Positions 54,758 to 63,049 of a stretch of DNA of 64,000 nt are shown here, in pieces. The position numbers and the translations under genes were made by a program. The notes beneath the pieces are model-generated. The model was not told the origin of the DNA and did no database searches. It was given only the letters and a program-made list of their open reading frames with translations. The DNA is from a virus (Duplodnaviria > Caudoviricetes). The first letter of the stretch is position 1; each line of letters starts with the position of its first letter. The stretch covers positions 2,017-66,016 of the IMG/VR virus record IMGVR_UViG_3300049580_000022. One strand, given 5' to 3'.

Positions 54758-54860
54758 AAGCTTTCATCCTTCTTTCGAGAGAAAGTGGGGCGTCCCTTCC
54801 GGCACCGTCGCCCCGCCGGCCGTCTCAGGTGGGGGATGGCTCACCCGCCGGAGAGATTTG

Positions 54861-55025
54861 TCAGCCCTTCACCTTCTTCAGGCGTGGGTTCTTAGCCTTT
54901 GCGGCCGCGCTGGCATTGCGCGTGGAGGCGGCAAGGACCGCACCGGCGCGCTTGGGCGATATCCCCATGCGCTTGGCGATCTGCGATTGCGCGGCCTTGA
55001 AGCCTGGGTGGGATTTGGAAGCCAT
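54861..55025 (-). CDS. 54-aa basic conserved phage protein
   Basis: MASKSHPGFKAAQSQIAKRMGISPKRAGAVLAASTRNASAAAKAKNPRLKKVKG. Confidence 0.7.
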   Translation of the reverse strand: MASKSHPGFKAAQSQIAKRMGISPKRAGAVLAASTRNASAAAKAKNPRLKKVKG

Positions 55026-55290
55026 CAGCTTGAGCCTTTCGTGGAGGTTGAGAGCGACCGCAGGTATTTCACCACGCCGGGTGAGATGGACGGACGCCTC
55101 AGCATTTCCCGGCTGGCCGCAGATGAGCCAAGCAAGCTTGCCCGCAGGCTGCGAAGAGGCATTCGCATGTGGGCCTTGAGCCTGAGCGGCTTGGGTGCGG
55201 TCGGCTGGGTGGTCATTGTGCAGGTGGTCCCGGTTGGAATCAGACTTGCTCTGAGAGCCGTATAGCACGCTCAGGAGCGCCAGTCGTGGG

Positions 55291-55548
55291 TTAGGGATGG
55301 TTCCGGGTGGGCTCCCATACGTCCACGTCCGTGCAGGTGCCGTCTTTGGGCGTCTGGTGGCAAACGACATGACCGGAAGCTTTCGGGGTCGGGAGGGTGA
55401 TGGCATCGCCTTCGGTGTGGAGGGAGGCTGGGCGGTTATTTGCGGCGTCTGTTTCCTCGTAGATGGGCGCGGGGGCTGGCGGCTGGGCTGCGAAGGCTGG
55501 GGTGGCAGAGATGAGTTGGAGGGCGAAGATTATGGTGGCGAGCATCAT
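55291..55548 (-). CDS. Small secreted protein
   Basis: Signal peptide ending PAFA; ATGA coupling. Confidence 0.55.
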   Translation of the reverse strand: MMLATIIFALQLISATPAFAAQPPAPAPIYEETDAANNRPASLHTEGDAITLPTPKASGHVVCHQTPKDGTCTDVDVWEPTRNHP

Positions 55549-55754
55549 GCTTTTCCTTTGGCTTTAGAGATTGGCGTTTTGTTCTTCAGCTTCAAGTTCT
55601 GGCATGTGGCGCAGTCGCAGGATTTAACCGGCGTTTTGGTTGCCGCTGGATCGTGATAGATCGCGCCGGTTTTCTGTGAGGTATGGCGCGTCATATGAAA
55701 AGCTCGCTCCCATTGGGAAGTGAAAGGGATGTTGGTGTCAGTAGTGTGGGTCAT
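55545..55754 (-). CDS. Hypothetical protein (CDCxxC)
   Basis: Overlapping tandem small ORF. Confidence 0.45.
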   Translation of the reverse strand: MTHTTDTNIPFTSQWERAFHMTRHTSQKTGAIYHDPAATKTPVKSCDCATCQNLKLKNKTPISKAKGKA

Positions 55755-55920
55755 GGCGCTTCCTCAAAAACTCTTTTGTTTGTTTCGGATATTCGCGAAC
55801 GAGTCTTTCCAGAGTTTGCATGTCTCTCTGGAATTCTGCGGAGGCGCGAGCAAAACTCCGAAAAAATTCCACTTGCCGTTCCCAGTCTCTTTGCGCTCGC
55901 ACTATGCTTTTGGCGCTCAT
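55738..55920 (-). CDS. Hypothetical protein
   Basis: ATGA coupling. Confidence 0.5.
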   Translation of the reverse strand: MSAKSIVRAQRDWERQVEFFRSFARASAEFQRDMQTLERLVREYPKQTKEFLRKRHDPHY

Positions 55921-56378
55921 CTCTTGTTTGCCTCTTGTGTTTTGAGCGAGCGGATGGCCGGATACCGCTTCCAGTATTCGCTGTCGCAGCCTTCGTCATA
56001 GATCGCGAGTGAGGCTTCGCAATCTGCTAAGTGCCGTTTCAGTTCTTTGAAAGCTTCGGTTTCGTTCACCGCGTGGTGCAGGAGTCCGTCACACTTGGCT
56101 TGGAGGGACGCGAGGGCCGCAGCCGGAACGTATTTCACCATATGCCGCTCTATACAGCACGGGATCGGGCTTGGCGACAGCTCCAACCAGTTACAGCTTG
56201 AGCAGACTTCAATCTCATCTTCTACCGGTTCGGTGAGAGCTTTGATGAGGCGCGCCGCTGCGAGAAGGCACTCCGCTATTTCTTTCGCTGGCACAGGCTC
56301 GGCTATCAGAAATATGGCTTCGCTCATTACCCCCAAGCGCGTAATAAGCGCGGCTATGGCTGCATCAACTGTGGTCAT
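55917..56378 (-). CDS. Hypothetical protein
   Basis: Start at ATG 56378 overlapping the upstream stop region. Confidence 0.55.
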   Translation of the reverse strand: MTTVDAAIAALITRLGVMSEAIFLIAEPVPAKEIAECLLAAARLIKALTEPVEDEIEVCSSCNWLELSPSPIPCCIERHMVKYVPAAALASLQAKCDGLLHHAVNETEAFKELKRHLADCEASLAIYDEGCDSEYWKRYPAIRSLKTQEANKR

Positions 56379-56676
56379 CGAAGATATCCTTTGTTTTGTC
56401 GCAACGATATGGAATCTCTTGACCCTCTTCCACGAAGGCCGTGCACCGCGCGCCTTTGCCTCCGATAAGACCTCGTTCGGCGTCTTCGTCCCGCACCCAT
56501 TCTTTCGGATAATGAGGATCGGAAGTGTAATAGGCGAAGGCCGCGAGAAGGATTGGACATGAAACACCTTCTTCAGGATCATCCCGAAATTCCACGTCGC
56601 GCGCGCAGCGATGGCAAAAGCGGGACATGAAGATGTCGCCTTCCGTGCCATTGCTGGGACGATAGGGCACCGTCAT
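56365..56676 (-). CDS. Conserved Cys-rich phage protein (YRPSNGTEG family)
   Basis: YRPSNGTEG.IF...CHRC...CPIL...PKEW...CTAF. Confidence 0.7.
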   Translation of the reverse strand: MTVPYRPSNGTEGDIFMSRFCHRCARDVEFRDDPEEGVSCPILLAAFAYYTSDPHYPKEWVRDEDAERGLIGGKGARCTAFVEEGQEIPYRCDKTKDIFDDHS

Positions 56677-56912
56677 GGCAGGCTTCTTTCGTAGCCGTTC
56701 ACCAGCAATGGGGCATGTCCCTGTGGTTCGGCCGGCGGAACGAGCGCGTAGATAATCAGTAGTGCGCCGATGGCGAGCGCGAAGAACAACAGCCGGAACC
56801 AGAACGGCGCGCCGGTTGGCTCGGTGGGCTGCAATTCCAGGAAGGCTCCGTTCCAGAAATCCTCTTCCTCGCGCTTTGTGAGGCGCCGCATACCTTTGGG
56901 ATAGCGGGTCAT
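56673..56912 (-). CDS. Small single-TM protein
   Basis: FWFRLLFFALAIGALLIIYALV; ATGA coupling. Confidence 0.55.
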   Translation of the reverse strand: MTRYPKGMRRLTKREEEDFWNGAFLELQPTEPTGAPFWFRLLFFALAIGALLIIYALVPPAEPQGHAPLLVNGYERSLP

Positions 56913-57133
56913 TTGGATGTTTCCTTTACGGAAATTGCATTCATCTCATCGTTTATCAGCGTTACGATCCCCGCATATTTCAGCAGCAACTTTACTGCGC
57001 TGAGATGATCCATGGTAGCGGCCTGATCGAGAAGCGCAGCGCCTTCTCGCGCAAGCGCCGCGGCGCTCCGCAGTCGAGCGCTGTAGAAGTATTCGCCCGG
57101 CTGTAGCGCCTTATGATCTTCTTTCATTTTCAT
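56909..57133 (-). CDS. Hypothetical protein
   Basis: ATGA coupling. Confidence 0.5.
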   Translation of the reverse strand: MKMKEDHKALQPGEYFYSARLRSAAALAREGAALLDQAATMDHLSAVKLLLKYAGIVTLINDEMNAISVKETSK

Positions 57134-57139
57134 CCTTCA

Positions 57140-57364
57140 TCACTCCCACATTTGAGGGTTGTAGAAATCGGCATCATGCTCTTTGGCGATCTTTTCCAGC
57201 AGTCTGACAATGGGGCCGCTGATATCCCGCTTTCCGGTTTCCATGAGGTGAACGCGCTCGCGGATCGCGTCCGCGTTGCCGCTCAACCCCAATTCCCACC
57301 CCATGCGAAACTGCGACCAGCCCAAGAAGCCGCGCAGGTGAAGCATCCTGTCTGCGTTGGTCAT
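57140..57364 (-). CDS. Small HTH DNA-binding protein
   Basis: LRGFLGWSQFRMGWELGL...VHLMETGKRDISGP. Confidence 0.7.
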   Translation of the reverse strand: MTNADRMLHLRGFLGWSQFRMGWELGLSGNADAIRERVHLMETGKRDISGPIVRLLEKIAKEHDADFYNPQMWE

Positions 57365-57588
57365 TGCGATTGCTCCACGATGTAGCTGCCAGCCGGTTCC
57401 GCATGGTGTTCGCCGCCCAACAGCACGCCGTAGGCGTTCGGCTCAATGGCGATCACGCGCTTGCGCAAGCGTATCAGGGTTGAATGCAAGACAGATTTGG
57501 CGAAGCCGCGCGGGTGCGCGCAGCCTTCCGGTATCTCGATTGTCATTCGGACTTTCATTCCCATGGGCAATGTAACCTCGCGATCCAT
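57361..57588 (-). CDS. Hypothetical protein
   Basis: ATGA coupling. Confidence 0.5.
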   Translation of the reverse strand: MDREVTLPMGMKVRMTIEIPEGCAHPRGFAKSVLHSTLIRLRKRVIAIEPNAYGVLLGGEHHAEPAGSYIVEQSQ

Positions 57589-57779
57589 ACAAAACCGGTT
57601 AAAGGGTAGAGCGTGTCATCGCCTGTGATGAGGACATATAATTCTCCTGTGCCATCACAGGGGTCACCCACCGCCACAAACTCAGGCCGAAGCGCTTGAC
57701 CGCCATCCCATCGCGAACGCGCGATATACCAACCCGTTTCGGTTGGCAGTCCATTCATGGTTTCAGCTTCAATTGTCAC
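57555..57779 (-). CDS. Hypothetical protein
   Basis: PTETGWYIAR motif; tandem overlap. Confidence 0.5.
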   Translation of the reverse strand: MTIEAETMNGLPTETGWYIARSRWDGGQALRPEFVAVGDPCDGTGELYVLITGDDTLYPLTGFVWIARLHCPWE

Positions 57780-57993
57780 GAAGCCTCTCTTTCCACGCCC
57801 GGTCGGCGCGTTCGCGTTCGATTTCCTCCCGCTTGGCGCATTCGTCCAGGTAAAGCCCGCGCCTATGGAATTGCAGCGGAATGCCCAGCGTGAGGAACAC
57901 GATGCCCCACACGATGGGATGTTCGAGCGGTAGAAGGTTGGCGACGATCAAGATCGCGCCAGCCGATAACAGGAAGTCCGTGAGAGTTTTCAC
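57769..57993 (-). CDS. Small 2-TM protein
   Basis: Two hydrophobic segments. Confidence 0.5.
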   Translation of the reverse strand: MKTLTDFLLSAGAILIVANLLPLEHPIVWGIVFLTLGIPLQFHRRGLYLDECAKREEIERERADRAWKERLRDN

Positions 57994-58382
57994 GCATTGT
58001 TTCCTTTCGCTCGCTCGGCGGCAAAAATAGCTTTCACCTTGGCACGCATCTCAATGAGGGCGTCTGGATCGTAGGTAATGATATCCGTATAAAAATTGAT
58101 CGACGGCTCAAGCGTGAAAAGCATGTGAAGCTGTGGGTGATAGTTCGGATACACCTTGTCCAAGCTTGGAGAGTATTTCCACGGCCAATCTTTATAGGCT
58201 TCTCGTTCGCCTTCCGTCATGGGTTTGCGGCGGTTCAGCGCGACCGGCAACATGTCTTCCATGCTGGTGCCCCAAAATCCGAGGGTTTCGATATCGTCGG
58301 CTAAATTGCTTGTCGTGAGATTGCAGACAAGACACTTCGCACTTTGATAATCGCGGAGAATTACAAGGCGTAGCGCGATCAT
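57990..58382 (-). CDS. Hypothetical protein
   Basis: Coupled tandem ORF. Confidence 0.5.
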   Translation of the reverse strand: MIALRLVILRDYQSAKCLVCNLTTSNLADDIETLGFWGTSMEDMLPVALNRRKPMTEGEREAYKDWPWKYSPSLDKVYPNYHPQLHMLFTLEPSINFYTDIITYDPDALIEMRAKVKAIFAAERAKGNNA

Positions 58383-58678
58383 TTTGCACCATCCTTCTTG
58401 TTGCGCAGTTCAATGCCAGCCTTCGCAGCCGTTCTTTCAAAACGGAAATTCTTGGGAATGAGATTGCCGTCCACATACACTGAGAATGTTTTGGCGTGGA
58501 AGCGGCGCTCAATCACGATCCGGGCATCATCGCTGCGCCACTCGCGGGACCACATGGCCGTCCGATAAAGGCGAAACGTGACACCAAGATATTTTCGCAT
58601 GTGCCCGGAGAGCAGTTGCGCGCTGCCGTGTTCTTCCCCCGGCACAAAGCCATCCGGGGATTTGAATTGTCTCATCAT
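58379..58678 (-). CDS. Hypothetical protein
   Basis: ATGA coupling. Confidence 0.55.
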   Translation of the reverse strand: MMRQFKSPDGFVPGEEHGSAQLLSGHMRKYLGVTFRLYRTAMWSREWRSDDARIVIERRFHAKTFSVYVDGNLIPKNFRFERTAAKAGIELRNKKDGAK

Positions 58679-58860
58679 GGGGTGCCTCTGAAATTCAGGA
58701 TTTCAAAGCTCTGGCGAATGATCTTTTGGAAAATCTCCCACTGCGTATCTGTCATTCGACAAAGCTTCTCGTAGGTTTCTGGGGTAATGGTGATGGTCGG
58801 CCCAAACTCATTGTTTCCGATAACGGTTGAGCTTTCTGCGTCTTCGATGGCAATTCGCAT
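58675..58860 (-). CDS. Hypothetical protein
   Basis: ATGA coupling; preceded by the leader motif. Confidence 0.5.
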   Translation of the reverse strand: MRIAIEDAESSTVIGNNEFGPTITITPETYEKLCRMTDTQWEIFQKIIRQSFEILNFRGTP

Positions 58861-58871
58861 CGGACTTCTAC

Positions 58872-58883
58872 CTTTCGTCTTTC
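58872..58883 (-). promoter_or_regulatory. GAAAGACGAAAG leader motif, copy 7
   Basis: Exact; 11 nt before ATG 58860; 8-bp hairpin at 58899-58924 just upstream. Confidence 0.65.
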
Positions 58884-58935
58884 AAGATCACACCATGACG
58901 CCCAGCAGCCGGAGCCGCTGGGCGCTTGCTATGGT

Positions 58936-60021
58936 CTATGCGGCCTCTGCGATCTGGCGCCAGTCGTTCGCCGCCAGTTCGACAATCTGGCCGCCAGCGC
59001 GTTCCAGTTCGGTTGCCCGATCATAGGACGCAGCATCCTCCGCCGTGCGTGTGATGGCATTCAGAACGCCATAGCGGGTGAGGTCGCCACCTTCGATCAA
59101 GTGCCGCAGCACGGACTTCTTCTCGGCTTCCACAAGGTTGAGCCAGGCCGATGTCAGTTCCACAACCTTGATGGGATCGCCGCTGATCCGCTGCTCTGTC
59201 AGCGCGCGGACCTGATCCACGTTCTTCTCAAAGCGCACGGTATCGAATGCGCCCTTCACCACGTCCTGGACCTGCATCCAAAGCGCGGCGTCGGTGACGC
59301 GGCGCGTCTTGTCCGACATAAGCTCGCGAAGGTTCTCTCCGAAAAGCTCATGCTTGCCGCCGACATGATATTTCTTCAGCGAAGACTCACGGAAGAGCAT
59401 CATGTTTTTGCAGGCGTGGGTGAACATGCCCACGTCCAGCGACAGCGCGCCCATGCCGACTTCCGAATTGGAAAGGCACAGGGTCGGGCACACGTCATCG
59501 TAGGTCACAAGGCTACCGTTCACCATGCGGCGGGTCGGAACCTTGGAAACGATGCGTGGGTCCACGGCCTTGATGTAGAGGCGGTAGTCGGTGACTTCGC
59601 AGGAAACCACTTGGAGCTTGAGGTCGGCAAAGATCGGAAGCGCCGCCTCCGCTAAGTCCACGTTCTCAAGCGGACGATACTTGTCCGACAGGAAGGCGCG
59701 GACCTTGCCATCGAGCGAACGCACCATGCGTGAGGATGGCTCCTGACGCATCCATGTGTTGACGTTCTCGGCCAAGAGCGCCGGATTCTTGGTCAACATG
59801 CGGTCGTAGTAGATCGCCGGGATGTTGGTATGCGTCCCGATCTGGCGGTGTCCCACCTGATTGATGCCGAAGTCATCGTTGCCCAGCGCCAGCGAGACAG
59901 CGGTATTCTCTGTGTTCGCCTTCACTTCAATCGCGCGGGTATCCACCACGAAGTCGCGCTTCGTGAGGTTTTGCCGTTCGATTTCCTGCGCCAGTTCCGA
60001 GAGTGTCTTACCGTTTTTCAT
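58936..60021 (-). CDS. DUF932-family protein
   Basis: HRQIG...IPAIYYDRM...RAFLSDKYRPLEN...LSNSEVGMGAL...ACKNMM...HVG...TRYGVLNAITRTA...YDRATELERAGG. Confidence 0.8.
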   Translation of the reverse strand: MKNGKTLSELAQEIERQNLTKRDFVVDTRAIEVKANTENTAVSLALGNDDFGINQVGHRQIGTHTNIPAIYYDRMLTKNPALLAENVNTWMRQEPSSRMVRSLDGKVRAFLSDKYRPLENVDLAEAALPIFADLKLQVVSCEVTDYRLYIKAVDPRIVSKVPTRRMVNGSLVTYDDVCPTLCLSNSEVGMGALSLDVGMFTHACKNMMLFRESSLKKYHVGGKHELFGENLRELMSDKTRRVTDAALWMQVQDVVKGAFDTVRFEKNVDQVRALTEQRISGDPIKVVELTSAWLNLVEAEKKSVLRHLIEGGDLTRYGVLNAITRTAEDAASYDRATELERAGGQIVELAANDWRQIAEAA

Positions 60022-60134
60022 AGCTTCTTTCTTCCTTTGTCATTCCCGAAATTCTCAGCATCATTGCCAAGACCATCCGGGATACGGTGCCAATCGCACC
60101 ACAAGGCGCACCCGAAGATGCGCCCAAGCTGCGG

Positions 60135-60359
60135 TTAGTCTTTTCTGCCAGAGCGTGCGCGTGCCTCTTCTTCGTCCGCTTGCTGGCGGAGAAGGCGGCG
60201 CGCTGTAATGAGGTGCATACTGTGAGTGGTGCCAAGTTCAACTCGGCCATAGTCCATCATTTCGATGACGACGACATCGAGCATCGCCAAGATGCGCTCG
60301 GTGCGCGTGGCGTCTGCTTCTGATGGAACTGAGGTGGAAAGGGGTCGGTTATCGGCCAT
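60135..60359 (-). CDS. Hypothetical protein
   Basis: GGAG Shine-Dalgarno; first gene after the candidate promoter. Confidence 0.6.
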   Translation of the reverse strand: MADNRPLSTSVPSEADATRTERILAMLDVVVIEMMDYGRVELGTTHSMHLITARRLLRQQADEEEARARSGRKD

Positions 60360-60400
60360 TTCAATTCTCCCGCCCGTTGGGCTTTTGAGATAACGACCCT

Positions 60401-60429
60401 CACATAATCCGCAAGCGAACCAATGTCAA
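60401..60429 (-). promoter_or_regulatory. Sigma70-type promoter candidate (leftward)
   Basis: TTGACA-N17-TATGTG, bracketed by a 9-bp inverted repeat (ATAATCCGC 60404-60412 / GCGGATTAT 60445-60453). Confidence 0.6.
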
Positions 60430-60449
60430 CTGCCCGCGGTTTGCGCGGA

Positions 60450-60677
60450 TTATTTCATCCCCGCAGCCATCCATGTGGCATCTTCATAAGGCTTGGCTGG
60501 CTTGCCATCCTTGGCGCATTTCAGTTCCACCAGCCGGCAAAGAACCTGGATAAGCGCGGCTCGATCGTTCGGCGTGTTGCCGATGCCAAGACCTTGCCGC
60601 ACTTCTTCCAAGGTGAAGGATTTGCGCGGGCGCAAGCGTAACCATTCTTGCACTTGCTTGAGCGTTGGCTCTGTCAC
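60450..60677 (-). CDS. Small winged-helix-like protein
   Basis: GTGA-coupled start; FTLEEVRQGLG...LCRLVE. Confidence 0.5.
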   Translation of the reverse strand: MTEPTLKQVQEWLRLRPRKSFTLEEVRQGLGIGNTPNDRAALIQVLCRLVELKCAKDGKPAKPYEDATWMAAGMK

Positions 60678-61270
60678 GCTTTCTGCCGCTGTTCGGGATG
60701 GGCCGCGTTGAATTGCGCGAGTGCTTCGGGCGGGACTTTGTTGCGCGGATCGTCTGGCGGAAAGCTCCATCGTCCAGACCAGATGCCGGGGCGTTCGGGA
60801 TTGTAGAATATCTCAAGCCTCTTCACCCATCCTTCGATTGTCGTTTGCTCGAAGATGACCGTTTCGGATTGTGTCTGCTTGGCGCTCGGCGCGCGGATGA
60901 AGTTCACCTGATTGCGATACCATGTTGTCCATGTGCGCGGCCAACTCTTGGCGCGCGTCGGCGTCACAGGATCGCCATGATGGGCGCGGAAATCATCCAC
61001 GATCCGCTCTATTGCCCCGCATAGGTCGGCGCGATTGTGCTTCGTCCAATAGGTGATGGCGGTGGTCTTGGCAGCTTCGTCTGGGAAATCGTCCGGGAGG
61101 AATGTCTGCGCTGATGTCGATGGTGGGCGCTTTTTCTTCGGTGCTGGAATAAGCCCGATGATCCGTGACCATCCACCCTCAGTCTTCACCAGCTTCACAA
61201 TCTCCGGTGCTGCTGTTGGGCCTTGGGCTTTGAGTGCGTGTAGCTGTCTGGCAAGTTCTTCGTCCGTCAC
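60674..61270 (-). CDS. Replication-organiser C-terminus-like protein
   Basis: GTGA-coupled start; DDFRAHH...KSWPRTWTTWYRN; W.KRL..F...W...W..PP...VP. Confidence 0.45.
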   Translation of the reverse strand: MTDEELARQLHALKAQGPTAAPEIVKLVKTEGGWSRIIGLIPAPKKKRPPSTSAQTFLPDDFPDEAAKTTAITYWTKHNRADLCGAIERIVDDFRAHHGDPVTPTRAKSWPRTWTTWYRNQVNFIRAPSAKQTQSETVIFEQTTIEGWVKRLEIFYNPERPGIWSGRWSFPPDDPRNKVPPEALAQFNAAHPEQRQKA

Positions 61271-62511
61271 AGCCGATATTCCTTGTCGATAAAGCCAAGA
61301 TCGGGATTGCCGCGCAGGAACGCCTTTATCCACGCCTTGTGATTTGGATAGTGGCGCCAATGTCCGCGGACGATGTGCAGCCGTGGGTGGCGTTTGTCGT
61401 TCTCGACTTCGCCCGGCTCAGGCAGGCGCGCCGCATAGCGCGTGCGATGGGCGAGATTGACAATGTGATAATCGTAGATCGGTAGCTTGCCGGCGTGTTC
61501 GCGTTTCTGGTTGAGCTTGTGAGGCGCGCGCACCACTTCGGTTTCCGCAACCTCCATGTCCAGCGCCAGACACATGGCGCGAATTTGTGACCAGCAGAGT
61601 GCGAAAATGTTTTCGCTAATGCTGCCCGATTCCTCTATGAGGTGGAATTTTCCGTGTTCCCAATCATGCAAGGATGCGAGCGCCCATTCGCCGCTTGCCA
61701 GTTCAATGAACATCGCAAACCAATTGTGCATCCCCTCCTTGCCATCGGCGCAAAGGACCACGCGATGCCCGGAAATGCGAAACTCGTAATCGGCCTTCTC
61801 GTAAGGCACGCGAATTTCGCCTTCGTGAATGTCCGTGGACTTTGCAAATGCCGCCGCCCAATCGTGTTGAACGACAAAGGTGTGACCGCCGCGCACTTCT
61901 TTCTGGAATGCCGATCGTGTTCCTTCCGGCATCCCCGCCAAGATAAGCTCACTTGTCATCGCGGCTTCCATGATCTTGTGCATACCGGTTTCGCCAAGGC
62001 GTTGGAGAACCGGCGATTTGTTTATCTCCCAAATCTCACTTCTGGCTTCGGCGCGTTTCAGCCTTCGCTGCGCCTCTGTGAGTTGTTGCTGTTTCTCCGT
62101 GTATTTTTCTCGGAGAGCTTTCAGCTTCTCCTTCCGTTTCAACCGTTCAAAAGCGCGCTGCACCAAGCCTGCGCGCCGATGATTCTCTATGGAATGTTCT
62201 TCCAATATCGCGTTTATCCGCACCGCCTCCTTTTCCACTTCATCATCGGAAACATGGGAAAGAGATGCCTTGAGGCGTTCGAGCATCCCATGTGCACCGT
62301 CTTGAAAGAATGCCGCGTCGGCCTTTTGTGGATTTACCGCGTCTAATTTCTTCTCGAAATTATCAATGTTGACTTTTTTAATCACATGGAAGGTTGGCGT
62401 CTTGCCGTCTTTCGATAGCTCGCGAAGATCGACCTTCTCGTCCATGCCGATATGTTTCAGCTTCCCGGCTTTCATTGCCAGCAAGCGCGCGAGGTCTGGA
62501 TCATCGCTCAC
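61267..62511 (-). CDS. Hypothetical protein with C-terminal PRxHxxRGHWR domain
   Basis: Coiled-coil N-terminus; PRLHIVRGHWRHY...W...F.RG..DLGFIDKEY. Confidence 0.7.
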   Translation of the reverse strand: MSDDPDLARLLAMKAGKLKHIGMDEKVDLRELSKDGKTPTFHVIKKVNIDNFEKKLDAVNPQKADAAFFQDGAHGMLERLKASLSHVSDDEVEKEAVRINAILEEHSIENHRRAGLVQRAFERLKRKEKLKALREKYTEKQQQLTEAQRRLKRAEARSEIWEINKSPVLQRLGETGMHKIMEAAMTSELILAGMPEGTRSAFQKEVRGGHTFVVQHDWAAAFAKSTDIHEGEIRVPYEKADYEFRISGHRVVLCADGKEGMHNWFAMFIELASGEWALASLHDWEHGKFHLIEESGSISENIFALCWSQIRAMCLALDMEVAETEVVRAPHKLNQKREHAGKLPIYDYHIVNLAHRTRYAARLPEPGEVENDKRHPRLHIVRGHWRHYPNHKAWIKAFLRGNPDLGFIDKEYRL

Positions 62512-62750
62512 GGCATATCTCTCTCGGTTAAATCCTCGATCCCACCGATAATCTCATTGCGCGGACGGATGAGGAAAGCATTGCTGGGAGTGCGCAAGCC
62601 TGCCGTCCCAACACCTCCGACCCGCTTCCACGCATCGGCATTCACACGCACGATAACCGGCGGACGCGCACAGCCGGAGTGCGTCATAATTTCAATCTCG
62701 CAATCCTTCGGATACCGGGAAAGTTCTGCGATCAATTCTGCGATGGTCAT
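62508..62750 (-). CDS. Hypothetical protein (MTxxELIxEL family)
   Basis: MTIAELIAELSRYPKDCEI; ATGA coupling. Confidence 0.65.
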   Translation of the reverse strand: MTIAELIAELSRYPKDCEIEIMTHSGCARPPVIVRVNADAWKRVGGVGTAGLRTPSNAFLIRPRNEIIGGIEDLTERDMP

Positions 62751-63028
62751 TTGTCCCTCGCCAGTGGAATGTTGTTCTTCGTCGCAAACCAGCGGAAAAC
62801 CTTGATGGCGACAAGCTGCCCTTCCTGCTGGCGCACGGTCTTTTCGTGCGGCCCGAATATCAGCGAACGCGGAATCCACCGGATGACGCCCGCGCTGTCC
62901 CGGACCTTAATCGCTGCCCGCCCATGGGGTGCTGCAATTATATCCACGTTGATCTTCACATAATCATCGCCGGGATTGTGACGTTCCTCCCGTTCGGGCC
63001 TTGGTTCGTTAAACGGCATTTTGCTCAT
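62747..63028 (-). CDS. Hypothetical protein
   Basis: WIPRSLI motif; GGGAG upstream. Confidence 0.6.
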   Translation of the reverse strand: MSKMPFNEPRPEREERHNPGDDYVKINVDIIAAPHGRAAIKVRDSAGVIRWIPRSLIFGPHEKTVRQQEGQLVAIKVFRWFATKNNIPLARDK

Positions 63029-63049
63029 CCCATTCTCCCTCTCTAGAAA

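Noticed and set aside
6211-58883. CRISPR array or IS ends as the source of the GAAAGACGAAAG repeats
   Set aside because: Copies are 12 bp, dispersed over 52 kb, not regularly spaced, with no transposase or cas gene.
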